IMG/VR virus record: IMGVR_UViG_3300017971_000307
Span: 1 to 61,015 of that record
Length of the DNA stretch: 61,015 nucleotides
Origin: a virus
Lineage: Duplodnaviria > Caudoviricetes
Direction: 5' to 3' (one strand)
Both the position numbers and the translations under genes were made by a program. Position 1 is the stretch's first letter. Every line of letters begins with the position of its first letter. The notes under the pieces were generated by a model that worked only from the letters and a program-made list of their open reading frames with translations, did not search any database and was not told where the DNA came from. This document shows, one piece after another, positions 18,847-29,545 of this stretch.

Positions 18847-19809
18847 ATGACTAATTATTCTGGTGTCCATACCGCTGGTAGTGTGGTTTCAATTCCACAA
18901 TCTATCAGAGATGTATATTCGTTGTACATCATGCACGAAGCGCAAGCTGTTATGCGATTTGAAGATTTTGCTGTTCAAAAAACTGAACTTCTTGCTCAAC
19001 CAGGACAAAATATCTTCTTCACTCGTTATAATAATTTGAATCTTGGTGGACAACTTCAGGAACATGTTGCTATTGTAACTCAAAATATGACAGCCGCTCA
19101 ACAATCCGTTACCGTTACTGAATGGGGTAATGGTATTGGCGTTACCGAAAAAATGCTTCAAATGTCTTTTGATGATTTGATGGCAGAAGCATCAGTTCTT
19201 CTTGGACGAGACTACGCAGTTGTAAATGATCTTATGCTGAGAAATACAATTGTTAATGCGGCACAAATTGTTTATGCTGGTAATAAAGCAAGTCGCGCTG
19301 CACTTGATGGTGGTAATGATTATTTTGACGTTGAAGTTATTCGTCAAGCTGTAGAAATTCTTCAAACAAAAAATGCACCAAAATTTAATGGAGAATTCTA
19401 TGTTTGCTTCCTTCACCCTCATCAAGCCGCATATCTAAAACGTAATCCTGATTGGGTTGCTGCAAACAATTATCATCAAACACGCCGTTTGTTCAATGGT
19501 GAACTTGGAATGTGGGAAGACGTTGTATTTATTGCTACAACCCACATGAGAAATGGTGCAGCTGCATCTACAGATCCTGGATATGAAGCTACTATGGTTA
19601 ATGCCGCCACAGGTGGTGCTGTAGCTGCTAATGTTTATGAATCATTCATTTTCTCAGATATGGCATATGCAAAAGCCATTGGACTGCCGGTTGAACTTAG
19701 AGATGATGGTGTAAATGATTTTGGTCGTTTACATAAATTAGCCTGGTATTCGATTATGGGTGCTGGGATCCTTGAAGACGATTTTATCGTAAAAATCGAA
19801 ACCGTTTAA
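18847..19809 (+). CDS. major capsid protein (N4-gp56 family)
   Basis: 320 aa; HPHQ..L, GELG....V.F and DFGR.H.LAWY.I.G motifs. Confidence 0.9.
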   Translation: MTNYSGVHTAGSVVSIPQSIRDVYSLYIMHEAQAVMRFEDFAVQKTELLAQPGQNIFFTRYNNLNLGGQLQEHVAIVTQNMTAAQQSVTVTEWGNGIGVTEKMLQMSFDDLMAEASVLLGRDYAVVNDLMLRNTIVNAAQIVYAGNKASRAALDGGNDYFDVEVIRQAVEILQTKNAPKFNGEFYVCFLHPHQAAYLKRNPDWVAANNYHQTRRLFNGELGMWEDVVFIATTHMRNGAAASTDPGYEATMVNAATGGAVAANVYESFIFSDMAYAKAIGLPVELRDDGVNDFGRLHKLAWYSIMGAGILEDDFIVKIETV

Positions 19810-19855
19810 TTTTAATGTTATAAATCAATAATAACTTTCAAATAGAGGGATAGAC

Positions 19856-20167
19856 ATGCCTAGGGGTCGACCGAGAAAAAAGAAAATCAGAGACGATATC
19901 TTGGCAGATATTGATGAATCAAAACCAATTTCTGAACAAGAAGATGTTTTTGAATCAGAAAAGATCTCTGAATCAAAGAAAGAAGAAAAATATAAAGAGA
20001 ACAGTATTGTTAAAAATAACACTAAACAAAAGACAGAAATAGCTAGAGCAAAAGTCACGACATCAAAATATATTGCGGGTAAATGGTGGCAATTAAAACG
20101 CGGTAAAAAGATAAATGCACCTGATATTGTAATTGAAAGCTTAAGAAATGCTGGCTTTGTCGAGTAG
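19856..20167 (+). CDS. hypothetical head-associated protein
   Basis: ORF after capsid gene with GAGGG SD. Confidence 0.65.
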   Translation: MPRGRPRKKKIRDDILADIDESKPISEQEDVFESEKISESKKEEKYKENSIVKNNTKQKTEIARAKVTTSKYIAGKWWQLKRGKKINAPDIVIESLRNAGFVE

Positions 20168-20199
20168 CACACCCTTCATTTAATTGATATCTTTAATCT

Positions 20200-20973
20200 A
20201 TGGCAACTGAAGAACAAGTCATAGATTCGACACGAAGAACAGTAGCTGATTTTGAGTCACCACGTAAATATGATGATGATTATTATAAGGATGCTATTGA
20301 AAGAGGTTTGCAGAAATTAAACTTCGATTTTGGTGAGTCTTATGCAATAGTTCCCGATGTTCCATTTGATCGTGTTTTCCTTCTTATAAAATTAGCTTCG
20401 ATAAACATGTGCTGGTTTCGTGCGTCAGAAGGTGCAACTGGTGATAGCGAAATAGAACATGTTGAAACAAAATACACAACAATAGCAGTGCCTAATCTTT
20501 CGGTTACTGACGGAAATACAGGAGATAGTCGCGGTCCAACATACTGGATGAAACTAGCTGATAAAATTCAAGAAGAATATGACAACGAAGTTGGAAGTTC
20601 AGCTGGTCAAAACCAAGGTTCAGAAGTTGAAATTGGAACTGTTAGAAGGATATCTCTTACTAACGGTGGTTATAGAAAACGTGTTTTGGATCCTGGATTA
20701 GATGCTGTTACCATTACAACTTTAGTTTCGGGTAACGATGTTACAATTTCTTGGTCAAAACTTCAAGTTGAAGATTTTTTCTCTTACGAAGTTGTTCGCT
20801 CTGAAGATGGAACCTTTGATGATGAAATTGTTATAAGAACAGAAACTGATATCCATGTCACAGAATATACCGATGAATCTGTTGTGTCTGGTACATGGTA
20901 TTACAGAGTAAAATCTGTAAATAGGAATTTTCTAAAAACAGATAGTTCAACATCAATAGCGGTGGTTCCATAA
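20200..20973 (+). CDS. head-tail adaptor with C-terminal fibronectin-III-like domain
   Basis: Gene order; VTISW...YEVVRS...YTD..V.SGTWYYRV is FN3-like. Confidence 0.6.
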   Translation: MATEEQVIDSTRRTVADFESPRKYDDDYYKDAIERGLQKLNFDFGESYAIVPDVPFDRVFLLIKLASINMCWFRASEGATGDSEIEHVETKYTTIAVPNLSVTDGNTGDSRGPTYWMKLADKIQEEYDNEVGSSAGQNQGSEVEIGTVRRISLTNGGYRKRVLDPGLDAVTITTLVSGNDVTISWSKLQVEDFFSYEVVRSEDGTFDDEIVIRTETDIHVTEYTDESVVSGTWYYRVKSVNRNFLKTDSSTSIAVVP

Positions 20974-21395
20974 TGGCAACTCGAGAAGAAATAATTCAGG
21001 ATAGAGTCGAACAAGTCATTACTGATTTTCAAAATGGATCCATTCGATATTATCCATATATATCTGGTTCGACAGACGTCTATAAACAAAGAACAAAAAC
21101 ATTTGGTACTCCTATTTCGCTTACTGGAAGAGCTATTTTAGATCCTACATCTGAACAAATTACATTTATCGGAAATGGTGAATTATTCGATATTGCTTTT
21201 TTATTTAGTAGGGTTGAATTGGTTGCAAAATTTCCATCTGCAAATGAAGGTGAATGGCTTGATGTTGATGCTCAAATTGAATGGTTCAATGGTCGAAGAT
21301 ATAAAATAGAAAGAGTTCATCCTTCAGGGCAAATTGCTGAAAAGTTTCTTTTGACTATTGTACTCGCAAACTCAATTGAAGGGCAAAGAGATTAA
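20973..21395 (+). CDS. head closure/stopper protein
   Basis: Gene order, size, GRRYKIERV motif. Confidence 0.55.
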   Translation: MATREEIIQDRVEQVITDFQNGSIRYYPYISGSTDVYKQRTKTFGTPISLTGRAILDPTSEQITFIGNGELFDIAFLFSRVELVAKFPSANEGEWLDVDAQIEWFNGRRYKIERVHPSGQIAEKFLLTIVLANSIEGQRD

Positions 21396-21874
21396 TGGCA
21401 AAAGTAAAAAAATATGGCGATTGGGATAAATTAAGTGATTGGAAAAAGTATATAAAGTCTGACAAGCCATTGAAAAAAATTGTCAATAAAATGGATAATC
21501 TTGGCAAAACTGTCAGGGATGCACTTAAAAATCATATAAAATCAAATGATCTTCCTTGGAAAAAATTATCTCCTATAACAGTGAGAATAAAAGGTAATAA
21601 TAAAATTTATATTGATCATGGTACTTACATGAATAAAATAATTCATTCTGTTAGACCAACTAAAGATAATGGTCTTATTGTTGTTATTACCACAAGAGGA
21701 AATCATTATTCTGGTTTGAGTGCTAATGAGTTGGCCAAAATACTCGAGTATGGAACAAGTAAAACACCTGCTAGACCTTTATGGAGACCGACTTTTGAAG
21801 AAATGAAAAAGATGAAAGAATTTGAAGATTTTATTGATATAGGAGCAATTTTTTCATTCAAAGGTACGGATTAA
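21395..21874 (+). CDS. neck/tail completion protein (HK97 gp10-like)
   Basis: LEYGTSKTPARPLWRP motif. Confidence 0.7.
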   Translation: MAKVKKYGDWDKLSDWKKYIKSDKPLKKIVNKMDNLGKTVRDALKNHIKSNDLPWKKLSPITVRIKGNNKIYIDHGTYMNKIIHSVRPTKDNGLIVVITTRGNHYSGLSANELAKILEYGTSKTPARPLWRPTFEEMKKMKEFEDFIDIGAIFSFKGTD

Positions 21875-22536
21875 TGACAGCTGTTTCTATAAAAAATATT
21901 GATGAAGCATTAGCTTTAAAATATAGTGGTTTATCAATTGATATAGGTGATCCACCGGTTTCGACACCAGTAACAGTTTTCGTGGAAGAACCATCAAGCG
22001 AAGAATACAAGGAAAGAGTATATCCATCTATTGCAATTAAATTTTTATCATTAAGTGAAAATTCTCCTTCTAGACATTCAGATGATGAACAAGAAGAAGA
22101 ATATGATTATGATGATACGGTTACTCCACCAATTAGAACAATGAGAAAACGTGGTGATAGATATGAGATATCTTACACAATAGATACATGGCACAAAATT
22201 AGAGCTGGTGAGAGTCGTGATTTATTGAGATATGCGATTATAGAAACAACTCCTACACGTGGATATATAACTGTTACTGATATTGATGGTGGTTCACAAG
22301 ATTTATGGGTGTTTTGGAATGGTACTTTAACAACTTTAGATGAACAACTTAATGACGTTGTTATTTATCACAAAACATTAACTGTTAGAATTTTGGCCAA
22401 ATTATTACCAGACAAAACACTTAGAGAATACAAAACTGCTACTAAGTTGACATGGAAATTTTCAAACAACGATGATCCACCAGTGGATCATTCCATCATG
22501 GACATTACGGATAGTGGAGTTGAAGCAGGCTCTTAA
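21874..22536 (+). CDS. tail terminator protein
   Basis: YPSIAI motif; directly upstream of the sheath gene. Confidence 0.55.
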   Translation: MTAVSIKNIDEALALKYSGLSIDIGDPPVSTPVTVFVEEPSSEEYKERVYPSIAIKFLSLSENSPSRHSDDEQEEEYDYDDTVTPPIRTMRKRGDRYEISYTIDTWHKIRAGESRDLLRYAIIETTPTRGYITVTDIDGGSQDLWVFWNGTLTTLDEQLNDVVIYHKTLTVRILAKLLPDKTLREYKTATKLTWKFSNNDDPPVDHSIMDITDSGVEAGS

Positions 22537-22628
22537 TTCTGTAATGATTTAATAGATGTGTGGCATAGAGATTACAACCCTTTGCAATAAACAAAACGCC
22601 ACATTAAACAAAACTGTATGGAGGGAAA

Positions 22629-25109
22629 ATGACAGTTTATATTAGACCTGATGTCTATACCGAGATCAAGAAACAATTAAATCCTCCTATACAACCCGTT
22701 GCATTGGGTTTTGGTGCCTTGATTGGTATAACTGAAAAAGGACCTTTACGGGTTGTAATAAGGACACGAACTTTCGAGGAATGGACTAGAATTTATGGTC
22801 GAAGAGAAACTCGATCCGATATGGCTTATGAAGCTGAAGCATTTTTCAAAGAAGGTGGTGTTGAGCTTCTTACTTCTCGTGTTGGAAATTATTCTGACAT
22901 TGATGACAACACAACTTATACCGGGGTTGCTGCATCAAGAACAATTACTACGCAGGGTGTAGCAGCTACTTCAGCAGAAAAAACTGGCCTTGTAGGACCA
23001 TATGTTTTAAATGCAGGAGATAGTTTTACTGTTGATGTTGATAACGCTGGTGCGACACCAGTAACATTTGATGCTGCTCGAGCAACCAAAGCTGGATCTG
23101 GTCTTTCTATCACTGATATTAATGGCGAAACTTTAGTTCTTTCATTCGATTCTGGAGCACCTTTAGGAAATCAAACCGTTACTTTTACAGCTACTCACGC
23201 CGGTGATCCTGATGGTGCAGCTGCTGAAATTAATTCGCAAATCGTTGGTGGTTTTGCTGTTGTTAATGCAGGTGAAATCGATATTAGTTCTGACACTCAG
23301 GGGACTAATTCGCTTGTTACGATTGTCAGCGGAACGGCATTAACAGAACTTGGTCATACAGCTGGTGCATCTTCGCCAGGAACAGGTGATGTTGCAAATA
23401 TTAAAAACGTCACAACTGCAGAAGTTAAAACAGTTGTTGAAGCTGATGCTTCACCTGCGACTGTAACTGAAAATGCAAATGGAAGTTTCAAAATTTCATC
23501 ACCAACAACAGGTGTAACTTCTGAACTCGATTTCACAGTTGGTCTTGCTGCATTAGGAATCATTGTTGAAACAATTGTTGGAACTGCTGCTGGTGGAACA
23601 CAAAATACATTAAAACTTGAAGCTGGTTACAAAAGTTATATCAGTCCTGGTGAAAGAGGTAATGATTTAGAAACATTAATTACCCAAAATCCAAGACATC
23701 CTAGTGCTGGTGCTGGGAATGATCTTGCTGCTAATATCACAGCATTAGATACATCTTTACAAGTTACAAGTCTTTCTGGTATCCAAGAAAGATCAGTTAT
23801 TCGTGTTTGGGATGGAACAAATGAAGAATTCCATCAAGTTCTTGATGTTCGCAACGTTGTAACAGCTGGTGTTGTTGCATTTTATGTTGACATTGTTGGC
23901 AGTTTTACAAATGCATTTACTACCGCAACAACTCAAATTGAAACGCGTGAATTTGACCTTCAAATTTTTGAAGATAATGTCGAAGTTGAAGCCGGTAGAT
24001 GGACGCAAATGTCTATGCTTGATGTAGCTGACAATTATGTTGAAACATTGATGAATGATGATGCTACTGGATCAGAATATCTCTTTGCAACAGACCTTGA
24101 TGCTGCAATTGGAATTGGTGCTGATTTACCTGCAACAGATTCAGCTCGAGTAGCTTTAACTGGTGGTACTGATGAAACTACTGGCATAACGAATGTTGAT
24201 TGGATTGGAACCGAACTAGGTAAAACTGGTATATATGCACTTAATTCAGATATCGAATTTATGCCAGTTGCATATGTTGGGAATAACGATTCTGCTGTTG
24301 TAAATCAAGCACTTCAATATTGTGAATCAAAATTATTCCTCGAATACATTGGTCATGTGACTTTGGGATCAAGTGCATCAATTGCGATTGGTTATAGACA
24401 ATCTACTCTTGGTGCTAATTCATATTATGGTTGTATTTATGCTGGCGGAATAAAGGTTTATGATCCAGAAGGAAGTGGATCAAATCCAAAGCGTTCTATC
24501 GCAGGTGTGGGTGCTTTCGCTGGAAAGAGAGCTAAAGTTGACAATATTCCATCACCAAACGGTGGACCTTGGCAAGCACCAGCAGGAGAAGGTGATTATG
24601 GTGAATTAATTTCCGCTCTAGATGTTGTTGATATTTATGATGATACTGATCATGGTAATATGAATGATGCTCATATTAATGTTTTGAGAAAAAAAGGCAA
24701 GACTGCACCAGTTACAATCAGTGGTTCGCGTACTCTTGATGATAGTGTTTCTCAAGAATGGAGATATATTAATACAATCCGTTCACTTCAATTTATGCAA
24801 AAATCAGTTGCTGATGGAACAAGTTGGGCTGTTCAAAGAAATAATGAAGAGAGAACTTGGGAGACATTAAAAGATAGAGTTGATACTTTCTTATCTAATT
24901 TAATTCCTCAACGTGCATTCCCAACAAACAGAAAAGAATTAGCATTTTTTGTAAAAATGGGAATCAATGATGGAACAATGACGCAAGACGATATTGACAT
25001 CAGAGGTCAAATGATCGGGGAAGTCGGTGTTGCTTTGCAAAAACCTGGTGAATTCGTAGTTTGGAGATTCGCACAATTCCAAGGCGGAACTGACATCACC
25101 AATGTATAG
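22629..25109 (+). CDS. contractile tail sheath protein with large inserted domains
   Basis: RPDVY, GITEKGP, W.APAG, GSRTL...WRYIN and KPGEFVV motifs. Confidence 0.93.
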   Translation: MTVYIRPDVYTEIKKQLNPPIQPVALGFGALIGITEKGPLRVVIRTRTFEEWTRIYGRRETRSDMAYEAEAFFKEGGVELLTSRVGNYSDIDDNTTYTGVAASRTITTQGVAATSAEKTGLVGPYVLNAGDSFTVDVDNAGATPVTFDAARATKAGSGLSITDINGETLVLSFDSGAPLGNQTVTFTATHAGDPDGAAAEINSQIVGGFAVVNAGEIDISSDTQGTNSLVTIVSGTALTELGHTAGASSPGTGDVANIKNVTTAEVKTVVEADASPATVTENANGSFKISSPTTGVTSELDFTVGLAALGIIVETIVGTAAGGTQNTLKLEAGYKSYISPGERGNDLETLITQNPRHPSAGAGNDLAANITALDTSLQVTSLSGIQERSVIRVWDGTNEEFHQVLDVRNVVTAGVVAFYVDIVGSFTNAFTTATTQIETREFDLQIFEDNVEVEAGRWTQMSMLDVADNYVETLMNDDATGSEYLFATDLDAAIGIGADLPATDSARVALTGGTDETTGITNVDWIGTELGKTGIYALNSDIEFMPVAYVGNNDSAVVNQALQYCESKLFLEYIGHVTLGSSASIAIGYRQSTLGANSYYGCIYAGGIKVYDPEGSGSNPKRSIAGVGAFAGKRAKVDNIPSPNGGPWQAPAGEGDYGELISALDVVDIYDDTDHGNMNDAHINVLRKKGKTAPVTISGSRTLDDSVSQEWRYINTIRSLQFMQKSVADGTSWAVQRNNEERTWETLKDRVDTFLSNLIPQRAFPTNRKELAFFVKMGINDGTMTQDDIDIRGQMIGEVGVALQKPGEFVVWRFAQFQGGTDITNV

Positions 25110-25119
25110 GAGGTAAAAA

Positions 25120-25587
25120 ATGGATGATCCTTATAGGGATTTTAAATTTGAGGTAGAAATCGCAGGATTTCTTCGCGCCGGTTTTTCCAAAGTTTCTGGA
25201 CTGAAACAGACAACTGAAGTGGTTGAATACAGAGAAGGCGCCGATAACGAAACACCGAGGAAATTGCCAGGTCAAACATCGTTTGAGAACGTTACTCTAG
25301 AAAGGGGTCATTCAAACGATGAAGACTTTATCAATTGGTCACAAACTATATTCAATCTTGATAGAGATAATGGTGAACAAGGAATTGGAATAGGTGATGA
25401 TGATAACTTTAGAAAGGATGTTGTCGTTTACCTCAAAAATAAATCAGGTCAAAGGAAAGTAAAGTGGAAGGTCAAAAAGGCTTGGCCTATGGATCATTCT
25501 ACTACTGATTTGGATGCAACAGCAAACAATGTTTCGATAGAATCCCTCATTTTGGCCAATGAGGGAATTAAGATGACCAAACTTTAA
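25120..25587 (+). CDS. tail tube protein (T4 gp19/Afp1-like)
   Basis: DPYRDFKFEVEI, GFSKVSGL, EYREG, KLPG, VTLERG and AWP motifs. Confidence 0.93.
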   Translation: MDDPYRDFKFEVEIAGFLRAGFSKVSGLKQTTEVVEYREGADNETPRKLPGQTSFENVTLERGHSNDEDFINWSQTIFNLDRDNGEQGIGIGDDDNFRKDVVVYLKNKSGQRKVKWKVKKAWPMDHSTTDLDATANNVSIESLILANEGIKMTKL

Positions 25588-25647
25588 TCAATTAAAATTG
25601 ACAAATCTAAAAAGTTGATAAAATAGAAAAAATAAAAGGAGACATTT

Positions 25648-26472
25648 ATGTCTGAAGTTAGTCTTGATCCTAGTGAAATTAAACTTGATGATGAAAACAA
25701 ATATACTGTATTGGAAGATATTTCTGATAATATAGTTCTTCCAATCGGCATAGAAAAAAATGGTGTTCGTTATCGCAATATTGTTATTGATGAATTATCA
25801 GGTATTGATGAATCACTTGCCGCAAATAAAAAGAAAACTGGCGGCAATCCTGCAAAAGCACTTACCAAAGTACTAGCTAGATGCATTCAAGAAATTGAAG
25901 ATCTTGTTCCTAGAAAGAAAAATCCAGATAAGTTAATTGACGAATCGATAACCAGAAACATGTATCAATGTGATCGTGATTTTGTTCTTTCTAGAATACA
26001 AATTTTGTCTGAGCAAGATGATGCTGTTCTTCGTGGTAAATGTCCGAAGTGTCAGACTGTTGTTGAACAAGATGTGAAAATATCGAATAGAAAAATAATT
26101 TCTTGGCCAAAAGATAAACCTGCACAAATAGATTTTGAATTGAAAAGAGGATATTTTAAAGATGGTGTTCATCATAGAAAAGGAACTATGCGTTTTACAA
26201 AAGGTGCAGATCAAGAACATGTAGCAATGCTTGCAATGGATGATTACGCAAAAGCTTTAACTGCTATGTTTGCTGCAACTATAATAAAACTAGGTGATAT
26301 GGATGGCATCGATCAAGACATAGCATCTAAATTAAAATCAAGAGATAGACGATTGTTATTCAATCTTGTTCGCGAACAAACTCCTGGAATTTTAATGTGG
26401 GAGTTTTTACAATGCTATAATTGTTATTATGATGAGGTGGAAGCTGTTCTTAGTATGTCTTCTTTTTTCTAA
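25648..26472 (+). CDS. tail assembly chaperone (T4 gp26/Afp-like, with CxxC motifs)
   Basis: Between tube and tape measure; DRDFVL, CPKC, CYNC; ends in FF at a slippery site. Confidence 0.75.
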   Translation: MSEVSLDPSEIKLDDENKYTVLEDISDNIVLPIGIEKNGVRYRNIVIDELSGIDESLAANKKKTGGNPAKALTKVLARCIQEIEDLVPRKKNPDKLIDESITRNMYQCDRDFVLSRIQILSEQDDAVLRGKCPKCQTVVEQDVKISNRKIISWPKDKPAQIDFELKRGYFKDGVHHRKGTMRFTKGADQEHVAMLAMDDYAKALTAMFAATIIKLGDMDGIDQDIASKLKSRDRRLLFNLVREQTPGILMWEFLQCYNCYYDEVEAVLSMSSFF

Positions 26473-26666
26473 TAAGCGACGGGGATGCAGAGCGTCTTCG
26501 TCAAAGTTTATTAGATCAGGTACATCATATTGCACATCGTTATGGATGGACAGAATCAGAAATATTATCCCTTCCAAGTTGGAAACGCAAAGAATATTGC
26601 GATCGAATTTCAGAATTAATCAAACAAGAAGACAAAAGATTGAAAGCAATGATGGGAGCTAGATAA
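26463..26666 (+). CDS. -1 frameshift extension of tail chaperone (DUF6760-like)
   Basis: Slippery T TTT TTC at 26463-26469; the -1 frame reads LLDQVHHIAHRYGWTESEILSLPSWKRKEY, has no usable start codon and its TAA overlaps the tape measure ATG. Confidence 0.8.
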   Translation, partial: FFLISDGDAERLRQSLLDQVHHIAHRYGWTESEILSLPSWKRKEYCDRISELIKQEDKRLKAMMGAR

Positions 26667-29545
26667 TGGCTGGTGCTGGTGAAACACTTATGCTTGGAAT
26701 AGCCGTTGAATTAGACGCTTCAGGTGTTGTTCGCGGTGTATCTTTGGCAGAAGAACAACTAGAAAGATTGGAAAGAAGATCGCGTAACAGTGGAAGAAAT
26801 GCGATGCAAGATCTTCAAAACCAATTAAGTGCTGGATCACAAGCTGCTGGTTCAGCGATGATGGTTGGTTTAGGTGCTGTTGGTGCTGGTGAAGCAATGA
26901 GGCGAATGGTTCTTAATCCCATGCTTCAAAATGCAGAAGAATTTGAAGTTGAATTTTCTAGACTTGGATTTGTTAGTGGCGCTATGGGTGATGAACTTGA
27001 AGCGATGAGAGCACTTGCTTTAAGAACAGGTGTTGAAACTCAGTTTTCTCCAACACAAGCAATGAGTGGTCTAAGAAGATTGAGAGCAGCTGGTTTAGAA
27101 ACTCAAGAATCAATTCATGCTCTTAGATCATCTTTGGATTTAGCAACTGCTTCGGCTGGAATGCTTGGTTTAGATAGGGCAACTTTATCAACAGCCGCTG
27201 CTATAGCACAATTTAGACATCAGTTTGATACAGCAAATGAAAGAATGAATGCTAGTAAAACCATTATGGATAATTGGGCACAAACCACAAGAGAAACTGC
27301 ATTATCAATGGAGGATTTACCTGTAATAATGCGTTCTCTTCGTGGTATGCCTAATGTTTGGGAAGCTAATGCCAATGAAGTTTTTGGTTTGGCTGGTATG
27401 CTTCGTTCTGCTGGTCTATCTGCCGCTGATTCTGCACAAGCTGTTTCTGGATTAGGAAGAAGATTTGCTATTTTATCAAGATCTATGGCGAGATGGCAAC
27501 GTATGCAAGAACGTGGATCCCGTCGAATGATGCCCGAAGCTGTTAGGGCATTTAAACGATTCGGTGTTGAAATTTTCGACTCTGAAGGAAAAATCAGAGG
27601 AATGACTACAGTTGTCGGTGAATTGATTGACGCATATAGACGATTCGGATCAGATGAAGATAGAATTAGAGACCTTAACACACTTTTAGGAATGCAAGCC
27701 GCCCAGGTTGTTTCAGCTGGAGCAAGCTTTAGACGTTTCGGTATGGAAGGTAGTGGAGCTATGGCCGAAATGATTAGGCGTATTGGTGATAGCGAAGGTG
27801 CAATGAGAGCTGGCGCAGCTGCTTTTGAAAATACATTACAAGGAATGAAAATTTTTGTTGTTGGTTCAATGCAGACAATTGCTGTTGTTCTTGGTGAATT
27901 ATTAGCTCCAGTAATTAAAACAGTTGTAACACTTGCTAAAGAAATGGCTAATGGATTTCTTGCTTTTATAAATGCCTATCCTAATGTGGCTCGAGGAATA
28001 GCAATATTTATTCTTGGCTTTACGGTTTTAACGATAGCTGGAGGAACACTTATTGTTGTCGTTAGTGGTTTAGCTATTGGATTATTAACTCTTGTATCTG
28101 CTTTTGCGGCATTATCTGTAGCTGGTGTGACTTTGACTGGCGTTATAGCTGCATTAGAGATGGTAATGTGGCCGTTATTGGTTGTCACTGCTTTGTTAGC
28201 TGCTCAATTCATTGCATTTATTATTGTTATTTCTGCGTTTACTTATGCTTATCAAACTAATTTAGGTGGATTGAAGGACTTTATTGATGATTGGGTTGGC
28301 GATATCAAATTAATTTGGAATTCATTGGTTGATTGGTTTAAAAATGATCAAAATTCAATTTCTGCAACGTTAAAGGAAAAACTTGAAGAACGTGGACTTG
28401 ATCAGACTTTTTTGAGAATAGCCGGTTTTGTTGTGAGATTACAACTTGCATTTAAGAGAGCAAAAGAAATTATCGTTCCTGTTGGTGAAGTAATTTTTTC
28501 TGTATTTGATATGGTTTTGAAAGGAATTATTTGGGTTGTCGATGGAATAGAAGATCTTCTTGCTGGTTTAGGTGTTAAATTTGATGAAAATACTAGTAAA
28601 TGGGAAACAGCAGGACAAATTATAGGAATCGTTTTCGCTGGTCTTCTTGTTGTTGCTTCTATTGCTGTACTTGGATTAACAATTGCTCTTAGTACACTTG
28701 CAGCTGTACTTCTTCTTTTGACGTTACCGTTGATTATTGGGATAGCATTATTGGGATTATTTATTTATGGAATTATTTCTTTTGCCACAGAAGTATCTAA
28801 TAAATTAGCACCGATAAAAACAGCATTTTATGATGTTCAAGTTGCAATATATCAAGCATTTCTTCCATTGATTATATTTTTTGAACGAATACAGCAATAC
28901 ATCTTTTCGTTTCAAGAATATCTTTCTGAATTAGCTGATAATATTATTATGGCAATGTTGCCAGTTATAATCTTTTTTGAAAGAGTAGGAATAACCATTT
29001 ATGAATTTTTCGCAAATCTTATTTCAAGAGTAGGAGAAGCTGGTTCAGCTTTGGTCGAGTCATTTAAAGCAGGTATTGAATCACAATGGAGTAATTTTGT
29101 TGGGTGGTTTTCTAGTAAATTAAGTGCAATAAGTAGCTTTTTACCGCAAAGCGATGCTGAAGCCGGTCCTTTATCTGCATTAACTGATAGTGGTAGATCA
29201 TTGGTCACAACTTTTCAAACTGGTATGGATTCAGCATTCCCTCAGCTTCTTACTGGATTTCAGGAAGGACTTGGTGGGATTGCCTCAATGCTAGGCATAG
29301 GAGAAGAAGGTGAAACCGGCAGAATTGGTGGTATGTCTCCAGCTGGTGTTGTTGAAACAGCTGTTGGTGGAACAACACCAGCAACAGCATCACCTATAGG
29401 TGGAAGGAATATTTCTGTCAGAATTGGTGATATTAATATTTCAGTTCAACAAGCTTCACCAGAGGAGGCAGAAAGACTCGCATCAATGATTATTGATAGG
29501 ATCAACAATGCAGTAAACGAAGAAACTGAGGTAACTTTCTCATGA
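26666..29545 (+). CDS. tape measure protein
   Basis: 959 aa, Ala/Gly-rich TP901-like core (TQFSPTQA), hydrophobic segments, SDAEAGPLS.L. Confidence 0.92.
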   Translation: MAGAGETLMLGIAVELDASGVVRGVSLAEEQLERLERRSRNSGRNAMQDLQNQLSAGSQAAGSAMMVGLGAVGAGEAMRRMVLNPMLQNAEEFEVEFSRLGFVSGAMGDELEAMRALALRTGVETQFSPTQAMSGLRRLRAAGLETQESIHALRSSLDLATASAGMLGLDRATLSTAAAIAQFRHQFDTANERMNASKTIMDNWAQTTRETALSMEDLPVIMRSLRGMPNVWEANANEVFGLAGMLRSAGLSAADSAQAVSGLGRRFAILSRSMARWQRMQERGSRRMMPEAVRAFKRFGVEIFDSEGKIRGMTTVVGELIDAYRRFGSDEDRIRDLNTLLGMQAAQVVSAGASFRRFGMEGSGAMAEMIRRIGDSEGAMRAGAAAFENTLQGMKIFVVGSMQTIAVVLGELLAPVIKTVVTLAKEMANGFLAFINAYPNVARGIAIFILGFTVLTIAGGTLIVVVSGLAIGLLTLVSAFAALSVAGVTLTGVIAALEMVMWPLLVVTALLAAQFIAFIIVISAFTYAYQTNLGGLKDFIDDWVGDIKLIWNSLVDWFKNDQNSISATLKEKLEERGLDQTFLRIAGFVVRLQLAFKRAKEIIVPVGEVIFSVFDMVLKGIIWVVDGIEDLLAGLGVKFDENTSKWETAGQIIGIVFAGLLVVASIAVLGLTIALSTLAAVLLLLTLPLIIGIALLGLFIYGIISFATEVSNKLAPIKTAFYDVQVAIYQAFLPLIIFFERIQQYIFSFQEYLSELADNIIMAMLPVIIFFERVGITIYEFFANLISRVGEAGSALVESFKAGIESQWSNFVGWFSSKLSAISSFLPQSDAEAGPLSALTDSGRSLVTTFQTGMDSAFPQLLTGFQEGLGGIASMLGIGEEGETGRIGGMSPAGVVETAVGGTTPATASPIGGRNISVRIGDINISVQQASPEEAERLASMIIDRINNAVNEETEVTFS

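Noticed and set aside
26429-26662. 77-aa ORF in the track between chaperone and tape measure
   Set aside because: Wrong frame; the conserved sequence is in the -1 frame ending at 26666
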